A DNA stretch of 62,911 nucleotides, counting the filler, from Octopus bimaculoides (Eukaryota): assembly GCF_001194135.2 (NCBI RefSeq). It is 6 parts of 6 records of this genome, joined end to end, with 100 filler letters (N's around TTAATTAATTAA, not from the genome) between each part and the next. Parts side by side here need not be neighbours in the genome. Positions count along the whole stretch, not along the records: positions 11,764 to 25,231 come from NC_068988.1; positions 25,332 to 41,409 come from NC_069000.1; 4 more parts are not named here. One strand, 5' to 3'. The position numbers and the translations under genes are program-made. The notes below the pieces were generated by a model, which saw nothing but the letters and a program-made list of their open reading frames with translations, had not been told where the DNA came from and made no database searches. Below, piece after piece: positions 13,345 to 26,922 of the stretch (position 1 is the first letter of the stretch; each line of letters starts with the position of its first letter).

Positions 13345-13732
13345 ATATATCAAAAGTATGTATATATTTTTGTATTCCACATATACAAAAACAGTCGTGT
13401 ACATAGATATAGATAGATGCATGTATGTATGTAGGTATGTACATATATATATATGTATGTATGTTTGTATATATGCATGCGTAGCTTGCAAGGTAACAAT
13501 GGAGGGACACAGAAAATTATGCTGAGAGGGAGAGAGATTGGAAGCGTCTATTCTGGTCGTTATCTGGCTGTGCATTTCAGACGACAATAATAGATTGCTA
13601 TCTTTATTCGTGATTATAATAAGCGGTTATCAATGCATGCATAGTTAAGTAATATGTTTATTCTCAGATACACATAGAAAGAACTATAGATACGCAAACA
13701 TATATACGTACATACATACACACATACATACA

Positions 13733-14020
13733 TAGGCGTAGCTGTGTGGTAAAGAACTTACTTCCCAACGACATGGTTCCGGGTTCAGTCCCACTGCATG
13801 GCATCTTGGATAAGTTTCGTCTGTTATAGCCGGGGGCCGACCAAAGCCTTGTGAGTGAATCTGGTAGATGGAAAATGTGTGTTCGTGTTTATACATCTCT
13901 GTAACATAACGGTTTAGCAAATAATGAGCGACGGAATAAGTATCGGGCTTTAAAAAATAAGTGCCATGGTCATTTTGTTCCTCTAAAACCCTTCGAAGAG
14001 GTCCCTCAGTATGGTTGCAG
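13733..14020 (+). mobile_element. SINE family A, diverged and internally deleted
   Basis: Head and tail are recognisable; the central microsatellite is missing. Confidence 0.7.
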
Positions 14021-15459
14021 TAGCTCATCAGTTCGATCGTTCTTTTCAATATAATTTGCTACGGACTATTGCGTAAGTAATTTTCATTAATAGCGAAACC
14101 GGTCTACGATTAATTCTTTATATTTTGTATTTTCAGTTGTCTTGCTCGCTTACGCTCTGGTGTTTGCTGAATTTTCTTGAGAACAATCTTTTCTTAGTGG
14201 TCAGATCGTAGGTGATCTACTTCTTGCATAATGGATGTCCACTTTATGATGATCCCCCTTATATGTATGTAATATAATTTTTCTGAATCTTCAGGTTTTT
14301 TCAATATGCTAGGCCACTGGTTTTAAATTGATATTAATCAAATTAAAAAAAAACAATATAAATTNNNNNNNNNNNNNNNNNNNNNNNNNNNNNNNNNNNN
14401 NNNNNNNNNNNNNNNNNNNNNNNNNNNNNNNNNNNNNNNNNNNNNNNNNNNNNNNNNNNNNNNNNNNNNNNNNNNNNNNNNNNNNNNNNNNNNNNNNNNN
14501 NNNNNNNNNNNNNNNNNNNNNNNNNNNNNNNNNNNNNNNNNNNNNNNNNNNNNNNNNNNNNNNNNNNNNNNNNNNNNNNNNNNNNNNNNNNNNNNNNNNN
14601 NNNNNNNNNNNNNNNNNNNNNNNNNNNNNNNNNNNNNNNNNNNNNNNNNNNNNNNNNNNNNNNNNNNNNNNNNNNNNNNNNNNNNNNNNNNNNNNNNNNN
14701 NNNNNNNNNNNNNNNNNNNNNNNNNNNNNNNNNNNNNNNNNNNNNNNNNNNNNNNNNNNNNNNNNNNNNNNNNNNNNNNNNNNNNNNNNNNNNNNNNNNN
14801 NNNNNNNNNNNNNNNNNNNNNNNNNNNNNNNNNNNNNNNNNNNNNNNNNNNNNNNNNNNNNNNNNNNNNNNNNNNNNNNNNNNNNNNNNNNNNNNNNNNN
14901 NNNNNNNNCTTTCTATCTCTCTCTCTTTCTTTCTCTCTCGCTTTCCTTCTATCTCTCTCTTTCTCTCTCTCTCTCCCCTCTCTCTCTCTTTCTCCTCTCT
15001 TTCACTCTCTCTCTCTCTTTCACTCCCCCCCCCGCTCTCTCTGTGTCTCGTCTTCTGTCTCATTTTCTCTCTCTGCATCTCCTTTCAACCATATTAGATA
15101 CTCTTAGAGCTAAATACCTATTCTCCCCCTCCTCTCTCTCTCTACCTACCTCTTCAGTCAGCAAACTATTTAACCGCATAACATAATAGCCACCTCTTTC
15201 TCCTCGCTCGCACCGCTAACACTCTTCTCTCCTTTTCTTTTCACCTTTCTCTTCAACTAACCACTTGACAACGTCAAACCTTTAGCCTCAGCGTTTTAAT
15301 ATATAAACATCAAATAAATAAATAAATGTTTAAGTCTAATGCTAGCCTCTTGATACAGTAAGGATATTAATCGATTGGTTATTGCTCGAACCGAAGTACC
15401 TTATCGATTTTCTTTGTGTTTTTGACTTGTTTTGTTTATTTTAAAAATAACTTGTGTGA

Positions 15460-15635
15460 TCGTAGGAGTGTTATTATGTGTATGTGTGCGTGTATGTAAA
15501 CGTTTATATGCGTACATGTGTGAATATTCAGACAAGTACGTGTGTATATGCATGCGTGCACATGTGTACATGCACACGTGTATGCTATTGAATTGGAATG
15601 TATTTGTGTTTGCCGATGTGTGTTCGTGTGTATGA

Positions 15636-15669
<34 letters not shown>

Positions 15670-15999
15670 TTACCTATATGTGTGTGTGTGTATGTATGTA
15701 TTTATATGCGTGTGTTTACGCCACCTGTGTTTCAGTATGTATGTGTGTATATTTGCGCATGCATGCGTGTGTGTTTGTATGTATGCGCATGCGTATCTAC
15801 TATCGAATGCGAGGCGCTATTTGCGTGTCTATGTACCTGTGTGTGTGTATGTGTGTGCGTGAGTGTGTGTGCGTGTGTTTTGAAAAACAGGAAGCTGCCA
15901 GTCTTTAGAAAAACACGCAGGTGTGTTCTCCGCGGAACGAACGCGTGGAAGTCATTAAAGGATCCGATTTCGAAACCTTACCCGAACCATTGGCTCACT

Positions 16000-16030
<31 letters not shown>

Positions 16031-16402
16031 NNNNNNNNNNNNNNNNNNNNNNNNNNNNNNNNNNNNNNNNNNNNNNNNNNNNNNNNNNNNNNNNNNNNNN
16101 NNNNNNNNNNNNNNNNNNNNNNNNNNNNNNNNNNNNNNNNNNNNNNNNNNNNNNNNNNNNNNNNNNNNNNNNNNNNNNNNNNNNNNNNNNNNNNNNNNNN
16201 NNNNNNNNNNNNNNNNNNNNNNNNNNNNNNNNNNNNNNNNNNNNNNNNNNNNNNNNNNNNNNNNNNNNNNNNNNNNNNNNNNNNNNNNNNNNNNNNNNNN
16301 NNNNNNNNNNNNNNNNNNNNNNNNNNNNNNNNNNNNNNNNNNNNNNNNNNNNNNNNGTATGTGTGCATAAGAGAGAGAGAGAGGGGCAGCGTGTGTGTAT
16401 GC

Positions 16403-16439
<37 letters not shown>

Positions 16440-16847
16440 CACGTGTTTGTACAAGTGTGTGTGTGAGAAGAGAGTGAGTGTTTGTGTGTACGTGTGTAAG
16501 CGAGTGTGTGTGAGTGTCTGTGCGTGCGTGCATGTGTGTTTACAAGTGTGTGTGTGAAAGAGAAAGGCAAGTGTGTGCATATGTGTGCGTGGGTCTGTGC
16601 GTGGGTGTGTGCGTGTGCGTGCGTGTGTATGTACGTGTGTATGCATGTGTCAGCCTATGTGTGCATGTATGTATTTGTGTAAACATGGTGTGTGCGCGCG
16701 TGTGTATATGTACATATATGCACGTGCATGGACATATATATATACGTATGTGTGTATATATGTGTACGTATAGACGTGCGTGTTACATATGTTAGTGTAT
16801 GCTTGTACACGTGTATGTGACCATATGCACACATTCATACGCATGTG

Positions 16848-16892
<45 letters not shown>

Positions 16893-17056
16893 CAGTGTGA
16901 ATGTATCTATATATGTGTATATGTAAAGGGTATGTATCCATGTGTATGTCTATGTGTGCATTTGTGTGTACGTATAACTGAATGTCTGTGCGTTTATGTG
17001 TTTATGTGTTTATGTATATGTATATCTATCTATCTATCTCTCTATCTATCTATCTA

Positions 17057-17094
<38 letters not shown>

Positions 17095-17143
17095 CGTCCA
17101 TCTGTTTGTCTGTACATACATACATACATACATACCTACATAC

Positions 17144-17180
<37 letters not shown>

Positions 17181-17200
17181 CAGTGTACATTTAAACACAT
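15460..17200. repeat. Degenerate (TG)/(TA)/(GA)/(TATC)/(TGTC) microsatellite field
   Basis: Direct reading. Confidence 0.9.
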
Positions 17201-17285
17201 AAGAGAGATGTCCATAATAAGACATCTAACCCGCTAGAAGGAGCAGTCAAACTCCAAACCACAATTAGGGATAATTTCGGAAGGG

Positions 17286-17329
<44 letters not shown>

Positions 17330-17769
17330 AATGAAAATGAGGGATTTGTTTGTTTCTCTTTCGAGCATTTTGAAGAATTGGGTAATATACGTGTAGGTGG
17401 AGGTGGTGGCCTTGAGCTGCGATCAGCTGGGATAAGATAGACGACGGGTGTTTGCGGAGACCTTAAGGGTGGGACGTCTGGTGACAACAATAGACACCCC
17501 TTCTCTTTTACAAACGCCACGATTCATTTCCACCTCCCCCTCCACTCCTTCCTCATCATCATCATCATCTTCGCTTCCACTTCCTCCTTTTTCTTTGCCA
17601 CTCCCACCACCACTAAGGCTACTTGATGATCATCATTCTCATCATCGTCATCATCATCACCATCATAATCACTTGCTCCACTTCTATTCTTCTTTTATTT
17701 CCTTCCTTCGTTGTTGCTCGTTTTTGTTTTTTGTTTTTGTTTATGGTACTTTCTGAACACTGCAAGCAA

Positions 17770-18008
17770 AAATAGGAAAGAGAATGCGAGAAAGAAGGAA
17801 AGAAAGAAAGAGAGGACAGAAAGAGAGGATGAAAGAAAGACAGAAAGAATGAATGAAAGAAAGAAAGAAAGAAAGAGAGGACAGAAAGAGAGGACAGAAA
17901 GAAAGGATGAAAGAAAGACAGAAAGAATGAATGAAAGAAAGAAAGAAAGAGAGGACAGAAAGAGAGGACAGAAAGAAAGGATGAAAGAAAGACAGAAAGA
18001 ATGAATGA

Positions 18009-18039
<31 letters not shown>

Positions 18040-18107
18040 GAAGGAAGGAGGAAGGAAAGGAAACGAATGAGTAAGAAATAAAGAAAGAAAGAAAGGAATG
18101 AGTAACA

Positions 18108-18143
<36 letters not shown>

Positions 18144-18370
18144 AGGAAAGTAAGAAGGAAAGAAAGAAAGAAGGTGAGGAGGAAGATAAGACGGAAAGAA
18201 TGAAAACGAAACAGTAAGAATCAAAGAATGAAAGAAAGAAAGAGAGAAAAAGAAAATAAGAAACGAATGAGTAAGAAAGAAAAAAGAAAGAAAGAAAAAG
18301 AAAGAGAGAATGAATGAATGAATGAAAGAAAGAAAGAAAAGAAAGAAATAAAGAGAGAAAGAAGGAAAGG
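17770..18370. repeat. Purine-rich (GAAA)n tract with a higher-order repeat of about 70 bp
   Basis: The unit gaggacagaaag...aggatgaaagaaagacagaaagaatgaatgaaagaaag occurs about three times in 17800-18010. Confidence 0.9.
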
Positions 18371-18829
18371 AGGCAAGCGCGTGCATGAGCGACTGCAGTA
18401 GATATCGAGCGAAACGCGAACGCAGGTCGAAGCGGGTGGCGTCAGGGACCCGACTCAACGTACGTTTCAATACTTCTGAATGCTTTGCCTGGTCGGCTGC
18501 AACACGTGTCGGGCGAAATCGCCGAGTAAATAAATCACGGAAGGAGGCACAATGGGAAGGTAAAATTGCGGACAAACTATTGACACGTGTGGTCGGGTCC
18601 CACCATGACCATCACTAGTTTTTATCATGCCACTATTAGGTACCAACAGTACTAATAACAATACTATCACCACCACCACCACCACAACCGCCATCATCCC
18701 TCTGTCACTCAAAACGCCAATGACAACAGCAACAACATGAACGTCATTGGCATCACGCCATACTTCAACCACTCAGCAGCTGTGAACTCCAATGTCGCTA
18801 CTATCAAGACACATCACGCTTTAAGACAA

Positions 18830-18838
18830 AAGCCGTAT

Positions 18839-18892
<54 letters not shown>

Positions 18893-19150
18893 CACTACTA
18901 CTACTACTAACATCACTACTACCACCACCACTCCTACTACTACTACTACTACTACTGCTACTACTACTACTTTGCCTTTCATACTTTCAGGGTCGATAAA
19001 TTAAGTACCAGTTGTGTACTGGGACCGATCTAATCCACTGGTCCCTTCCCCCAAAATTTCGGGCCTTGCGCCTAGAGTAGATAAGATTATTATTATTAGG
19101 AGTGGTTGTAGTAGTAGTAGTAGTAGAAGTAGTAGTAGTAGTAGTAATAG

Positions 19151-19216
<66 letters not shown>

Positions 19217-19270
19217 CACCACCACTACTACTACTACTAATTCTGCTACTACTACTACTACTACTACTAC

Positions 19271-19335
<65 letters not shown>

Positions 19336-19495
19336 TTACCATCACCACCACCGCTACTACTACTTACGACTACACAACTACTGCTAATAATAATATTAAT
19401 AATAAACCACCACCGCCACTACCACCACCACCATTACTACTACTACTATTACTACTACTACTACTACTACTACTATTACTACTACTACTACTATT
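18830..19495. repeat. Alternating (CTA)n and (TAG)n blocks
   Basis: Direct reading. Confidence 0.95.
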
Positions 19496-20189
19496 NNNNN
19501 NNNNNNNNNNNNNNNNNNNNNNNNNNNNNNNNNNNNNNNNNNNNNNNNNNNNNNNNNNNNNNNNNNNNNNNNNNNNNNNNNNNNNNNNNNNNNNNNNNNN
19601 NNNNNNNNNNNNNNNNNNNNNNNNNNNNNNNNNNNNNNNNNNNNNNNNNNNNNNNNNNNNNNNNNNNNNNNNNNNNNNNNNNNNNNNNNNNNNNNNNNNN
19701 NNNNNNNNNNNNNNNNNNNNNNNNNNNNNNNNNNNNNNNNNNNNNNNNNNNNNNNNNNNNNNNNNNNNNNNNNNNNNNNNNNNNNNNNNNNNNNNNNNNN
19801 NNNNNNNNNNNNNNNNNNNNNNNNNNNNNNNNNNNNNNNNNNNNNNNNNNNNNNNNNNNNNNNNNNNNNNNNNNNNNNNNNNNNNNNNNNNNNNNNNNNN
19901 NNNNNNNNNNNNNNNNNNNNNNNNNNNNNNNNNNNNNNNNNNNNNNNNNNNNNNNNNNNNNNNNNNNNNNNNNNNNNNNNNNNNNNNNNNNNNNNNNNNN
20001 NNNNNNNNNNNNNNNNNNNNNNNNNNGGTGATGGTGGTGGTGGTGGTGGTGGTGGTGGTGGTGGTGATAGTGGTGCTGGTGGCGGCCGTCGTCACCGTCG
20101 CAGTGAAGTATTGTATTGATACTTCAGTCTCGACCGACCAAAGCCTTGTCAGTAAATTTGGCAGACAGGAAACTGAAAGAAGCTTGTCG

Positions 20190-20535
20190 TTGGCTGTGAG
20201 GTAAGTAGTTTCCTCACCAACCACATGGTTCCGGGTTCAGTCCCAGTGCCTGGTACTTTGGGCAAGCGTCTTCTTCTGTAGCCTCGGGCCGACCAGAGCC
20301 TTGTGAGTGGATTCGATAGACGGGAACCGAAAGAATCCCATCGTATATATGCTTATATTTATGCATGAGTGTGTATATGTTTGTGTGTCTGTGTTCGCTC
20401 CCCACAACATCGCTTGACAATCGATGGTGGTATGTTTACGTCCCCGTAATATTAGAGGTTCGGCAAAAGAGATTGATAGAATAAGTACTAGGCTTACGAA
20501 GCATAAGTCCTGGGATCGATTTGCACGACTAAAGT
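20190..20535 (+). mobile_element. SINE family A, near full length
   Basis: Head, body and tail present; followed by an inverted tail fragment at about 20545-20610. Confidence 0.8.
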
Positions 20536-21715
20536 GTGTATTTTAGTCATTTGACTGTGGCCATGCTGGAGCACCGCCTTTAGTCGACCACATCGACCTC
20601 AGGTCTTATTCGTACGTCATCTATCGGCTACTTTGCCACCTGTGCATCCCTCTGCTTGTCCTATGAGTGTATGAGTGTGTGTGGGGGAGTGTTCAATAAC
20701 CAAAGCCAACTAACTGAATTATACCCACACAAGGTGACGATCAATCAATATTCCAGGTAATAATACAGGTAACTAACCCTGTTTGCACGAACCTGCTGTA
20801 ACAGTCAGTAGGGTGCGATCGGGGTAGGTAGAGGAGAAATGAGTCCTTTGAAGTAAGGAAAGCAATGAAGAGAAGGGGTGGGGTGAAAGAAGGGGGAAAG
20901 GGGTGGAATGGTTTGTATTGCTTTCCCCGCAGACTGACCGCAGCTCTGTGTACAAGGTAATCACCTGGACAAACTTACTTGAGAAGAATGGTCCAGCGAA
21001 AAGAAAAAAAATGAATATGGCGGGGATAGAGTTGGAAAAGAAGAGAGATAAATAAAGCAATAAAATTAACGTAAAATAATATTTAAAAATAAAAAAAAAG
21101 CTTTTTAAAATGCATGAAGGGAAATATGTGTGTGCGTGTTTGTGCGTGTGTGTGAGTGTATGTATGAGATTGGCACTTGGATGTGAAGTATCGTGGAAGA
21201 AGACACTGTAAGATCTTTGGAAACAGGTTTCTGTTCGCTCTTTAAAAACTAACCGGCGCAAATGAAATCGAGATTGCAGAAGTGAAATAGAAATATGATT
21301 GCAGCATATCCTGTGCATACATTTCATTAGTGGAGGCGCAATGGATGTTTTGCGTTCTTGTCTCATTATATGTATATATNNNNNNNNNNNNNNNNNNNNN
21401 NNNNNNNNNNNNNNNNNNNNNNNNNNNNNNNNNNNNNNNNNNNNNNNNNNNNNNNNNNNNNNNNNNNNNNNNNNNNNNNNNNNNNNNNNNNNNNNNNNNN
21501 NNNNNNNNNNNNNNNNNNNNNNNNNNNNNNNNNNNNNNNNNNNNNNNNNNNNNNNNNNNNNNNNNNNNNNNNNNNNNNNNNNNNNNNNNNNNNNNNNNNN
21601 NNNNNNNNNNNNNNNNNNNNNNNNNNNNNNNNNNNNNNNNNNNNNNNNNNNNNNNNNNNNNNNNNNNNNNNNNNNNNNNNNNNNNNNNNNNNNNNNNNNN
21701 NNNNNNNNNNNNNNN

Positions 21716-21716
21716 N

Positions 21717-21758
<42 letters not shown>

Positions 21759-21912
21759 GACGGGCTTCTTTCAGTTTCCATCTACCAAGTCCACTCACAA
21801 GGCTTTGGTCGGCCTGATGGTATAGTAGAAGACACTCGTCCTAGGTGCCAAGCAGTGGGACTGAAGCTGGAACCATGTGGCTGGAAAGCAAACTTGTTAC
21901 CACACAGCCACA
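21716..21912 (-). mobile_element. SINE family A, 5' half
   Basis: Reverse complement of the head and body, next to (AT)n and a gap. Confidence 0.8.
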
Positions 21913-22269
21913 TATATGTTTCATACTTTTCACTTTTCCTATTTTTAGCTTTTGAGACATCGTATACCTTGGACTACAGGTCAACATTATGAAATATATT
22001 CTGTCTTTTTTCGGCATGTGTTTGTGTAGTTGTGTGCGCCTGTATTGACTTATGCGTGTCTGTGTGTGCGCGCATGATTGTGTAATTGTGTTGGTGTGTG
22101 TGTGTGTGTGCGTGTGTGTATGTTGTGGCGATGATGTGGTTGAAGGATGAAAAACCTGTGTGATGCTAAGGCCGAGGCCGACCGGTGAAGCGTGACGCGG
22201 CCAACAAGAAAGAGCTGGCTGAAAAGGCAAAGATGGTTGGCAGGTTTAGAAGTCAGGCAACGTTGGTTA

Positions 22270-22999
22270 AAGATGGCGGCGGTATTAACAACTGTAACGG
22301 TGGTGGTGGTGGTGGTGGTTATGGTGGTGGCGGTGGTGGTGGTGGTGGTGATTGCGTTGATAGTGCTATAGGTGATAGTGATAATGCTGGTAGTGATGGT
22401 CGTATTGTTTTTAAAGATGGCGAAGGTGTTGGCGACGACCGCGGTCGTAACGGTTTTACTGCAATGGTCAAAGCTGTGGTGGCGAGGGTGGTGGCAATTA
22501 TGCTATTCATAGCCATGAGGGTGATGATAGTGATGATAGTGGTGGTGGTTGTCATCATCGTCGTCATCGTGGCAGTTAATGGTAATTACGATACTGGCGT
22601 TGATGGTGGTGGTGGTGGTGGTGGTGGTGGTGGGGAGTGATGGTGGAGAGGGTGGGGTTGCTGGTACTACTGCTAATGTCTGTGGTGCCCGTTAGTTTTC
22701 TGCTCGCCAGCCAGCCGGCCGGTCAGCCAGCCGATCCAACCCTCCTGCCCGGCCCCTGTTTCTTTGTTTGTCTGTCTGCCTGTCTGCATGGCTGTCTTGC
22801 TTGTTTGTGTGACTGGTACCTGCTAAGTGATGAGGAGGTATATTGGCAGGAGTAGGAAGAGGAGACGAGAGAATCAGAGGGAGAGAGAGAAAGAAGGGGA
22901 GGGACAGAAGAGTCGTATAAGGTAATGATGGCGGTGGTGATGGTGTGGTGTGGCGGTGGTAGGAGGGATATGAGGATAATTATGTTGGTGATAGAGACA

Positions 23000-23030
<31 letters not shown>

Positions 23031-23273
23031 CGATGATGATGATGATGACGATGATGATGATGATGATGACGATGACGATGACGATGATGATGACAATGAT
23101 GACGATGATGATGACGATGATGATGATAATGATGATGATAATTACGACGACGACGACGGCTACGTCGATGATGTTTATGATGAAGATGATGATGATGATG
23201 ATGAAGATGATGATGATGATGATGATGGTGGTGGTGATGATGGTGATGATGATGATGTTGATGATGTTGATGT

Positions 23274-23305
<32 letters not shown>

Positions 23306-23306
23306 T

Positions 23307-23355
<49 letters not shown>

Positions 23356-23357
23356 GT

Positions 23358-23407
<50 letters not shown>

Positions 23408-23410
23408 GCG
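22270..23410. repeat. (GGT)n-rich tract followed by a long (GAT)n tract
   Basis: The (GAT/GAC)n block spans about 23000-23405. Confidence 0.9.
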
Positions 23411-23669
23411 CTGTTGATATGGAGGAGAAAACGACAAGGAAGGAAATGTGAAGGAAGAGGAAGCAGCAAAAAAGAAAGAAAGAAAGAAAGAAAGAAAGAG
23501 AGAAAGAGAGAAAGGGGAGGGAAATGACTAAAAGAAGAGAGAGGGGTGGAGGCTGATGAAGAGTGAGCGGCGGACGAGAGAAGGATGAAAAGTTACTCAG
23601 AGTTGATGGTAAAGAAAATTGGGATGTGAAGGTTCTACTTCCATGCGTTTAGAAGACGAGGGCGAAGGA

Positions 23670-24600
23670 GAGAGAGGGGGAGGGCGAGAGAGAGAGAGAG
23701 AAAGGAGAGAAAGAAGAGGAATAGAGAGAGTGGCGGAGGGAGGTAGAGAAGTGTGTCAGATTGGCAGGGTTTCCGACAAGGGTTTTTTGATGGAAGTCAA
23801 CTGCAAGGTTTAATAGGTTTGGGTTTTGGTTTTCATGGCGGTTAGTTAGAGAGGGAGAGAGAGAGAGAGAGACAAATAGGAGAGAGTGAGAGAGAGGCAG
23901 AGAGTGGTTGAAAGAGAGGGAGAGAGAAAAGGAGATTGGGAGAGAGAAAAGGAGAGAGGGAGAGACAGACAGACAGAGAAAGAGAGAGAGAGAGACAAAC
24001 AGAGAGAGAATGAGAGAGAGGTATAGAGTGATAGTGAGAGGCAGAGAGGAAAGGAGAGAGGGAGAGACAGACAGACAGAAAGCAATAAAAAGAGAGAGAC
24101 AAAAAGGGAGAGAATGAGAGAGAGGTATAGAGTGGTAGAGAGAGGCAGAGAGGAAAAGAGAGAGAGGGGGGCAGAGAGTGGTAAAGAGAGGGAGAGACAA
24201 ACAGACAGAGAAAGAGAGAAAGAGAGAGAGACAAACAGGGAGAGAATGAGAGAGAGAGAGTTAATGCGTGTGTATGTGTGTCAGAGACGGAAGGGGAGAG
24301 TGAGTGAAAGAGGGAAAGAGTAGGAGGAGGAGGAGAGGAGCAGTCTGACAGAGTGATTGAGTGAGTGATGGAGCCAGTGATTGCTTGAGTGAGAGTGAGA
24401 GTGTAAAATGCGTAAGACTGAGGATGAGGGATGGAGGTAAGGATGAAGGAAATAAGGGAATGAGTGAAAGAATGAAAGAGGAAGTGATTGAATGAGCGTG
24501 AGAGCGAGTGAGTTAGTGAAAAAAGTTGGTGGATGAGTGAGACAGTGAGTGAATGCCTGATTGAGTGATTGAGAAAGTGAGTGCGCGAGTGGAAAGTAGT
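23670..24600. repeat. GA-rich degenerate satellite
   Basis: Recurrent gagagagaggtatagagtg and gggagagacagacagacagaga units. Confidence 0.85.
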
Positions 24601-26922
24601 AGAAATCCACCAATAATAATACATTTAAAATGTACAAAGCCTTACTGTGGGTAAAATAACAACGTAAATAAACCCTTTTTATGCTATTGATGCGGGGGGA
24701 AAATGGAGAGAGGAAAAATCTCAGTTTCGTGGTTTGCTGACCGTGTTTCAGAGAAAAACTGCTCAGTTTCCTCTCCCAATCAATAACACAGATCAGCTAC
24801 AATACAAAGCAGTCTAAAATTAGGCTAGCGCCAAAGTAGACAGCCCTAGACTGTTCCACATTAGTTAAACAATAGCTGCTTTATGCACGACACAGCGTAA
24901 ATCAGATGAAACAAGAAAAAATTAAACTTTACAGAGAGAGAGATAGAGAGACAGACAGAGGGAGAGAGAGAGAAAGATGAAGAGAAAAGGAGGCACAAAG
25001 AGACAGAGACAGAGAACGAAAGAAAGTTGTTGCTCAATGGGAAATAATCGCCCCTAAGTATATCCTGTTTTACTCTTCAGTGGAGAATCTCTCTCTCTCT
25101 CCCTCTCTCTCTATATATATGTATATATATATATTACAAATTAAAAGGGTAAAGGATTATCAATTTATTTGTTGGAGTCTCAGCTTTTTTAGCTGCTATT
25201 TCTGAACTTCGGTATGTGGTGAAGCAAATATNNNNNNNNNNNNNNNNNNNNNNNNNNNNNNNNNNNNNNNNNNNNTTAATTAATTAANNNNNNNNNNNNN
25301 NNNNNNNNNNNNNNNNNNNNNNNNNNNNNNNTATATATATATATATAGTTTTTTACGTTTCTTCTAAATAAATAATATTGCTTTCTAAATATATTACAGT
25401 GAAACCCCACCAGCTTACTTGAAAGAGAAATGTTTCCCCAACCACATAGTTCGGTATATGTATGTATGTATGTATGTATGTATATATGTTATGTATACAT
25501 TTGTGTGTGTCTGTGTCTGTGTTTGTCCCTCCACCATTGCTTGACAACCGATGTTGGTGTGTTTACGTCTCCGTAAATTAGCGCTTCGGGAAAGAGACTG
25601 ATAGAATATGTACCAGGCTTACAAAGAATAAGTCCAGGGGTTGATTTGTTCGACTAAATGTCCGCAGGCAAATGACTGAAACAAGTAAAAGAATGAAAGA
25701 ATAGATATGTGATACTATATCATCCAATTTATCATACTTTTTAAAAGCTATAGTTAGTGATTTAAAAGGAATTTGGCTGCAATTTCTAGTTCGAATATTC
25801 TCTTTTTGCGGTTTTCCCCTCTGTTTGTGAAAAACAGTCACTAGAGAGAAAACAAAATACGAAGATAAAACATGAAGCCATATGAAACTGTAATGCACTT
25901 ACGAGTGCACATACACAAATCGCATTGAATCACGTGTGTAAATGAGTTTATGTACGTACATGTGCTGAGAAGCCGGAAAAATGCGGGCTGCACCGAAGAG
26001 TACGAGGAACACGAGAAGTAGCTGTGGTGAGGAAGCTACAAAAATTGTGATAGCGATAGAGAAATAGTTATGACTTGAAGACATACAGATAGGAAAGAAA
26101 CAGAGAGGCAGGAAGAGGGAGGGAGAGACAGACAGACAGAGACAGAAAGTGGGAGCGAGAAACAAGCGTTGTAGTTGGTAGAAGGAAACAGAAAAAAGTC
26201 AGTGTGAAAGGAAGTGATATACTCTACTACCGAGAGATTACACGCTATGTCACATGAAAAATCGAAAGTGCAAGTGACATATCAGCTGATCAAATAATAA
26301 TACAAACACAACAGATTATTTATGTGGATATCAGTGAGAATATTTGGTCTTATTTAGTAAAAAAATATTATGTAAATTATTGAGGAATCAAAAGGAAATA
26401 GTATCGCTTTGTTGTTGACGTGTGTGTTTAAACGCTGCCAATAAACCTCTGTATTGCCACCATTATTTATACGAAACTTAGGTATTTAGCTCGTTAATAA
26501 ATGAAGCTAATTATTTTTCCGATTATTCTCTGTCGAGGTCTACTTCCCAGGACAGTTTCATTCATCAGGATGTGTAGTAAATGCAAACAGAAGTTAACAA
26601 CCACAATCTTCTGGAAGAAACCATCGCAAGAACCAAACAATCGATAAGGATAATGTAATGGAACTAAACGCGACAGTAAGACGTATATTATTTATGTCTT
26701 ATAATCAAACATACAGAGCTGATGTTATTTCATACGACCAGCGATCATCAAAAGAAAAGACAATATCATTTTACTTATGTTAATATTTTTAATGTTATAC
26801 GTATTTTAATGACAAGCCATAACATATATACAAAAACATCCACACACATATGTGTGTGCGCGCGCGCGTGTGCGTGTGAATATATATGTATATCGACACA
26901 GCGACACACACATATATATATA

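Noticed and set aside
22723-23527. Poly-His, poly-Met and poly-Ile ORFs (also 53200-54053 and 58388-58897)
   Set aside because: They are products of (GAT)n tracts, which lack stops in most frames.
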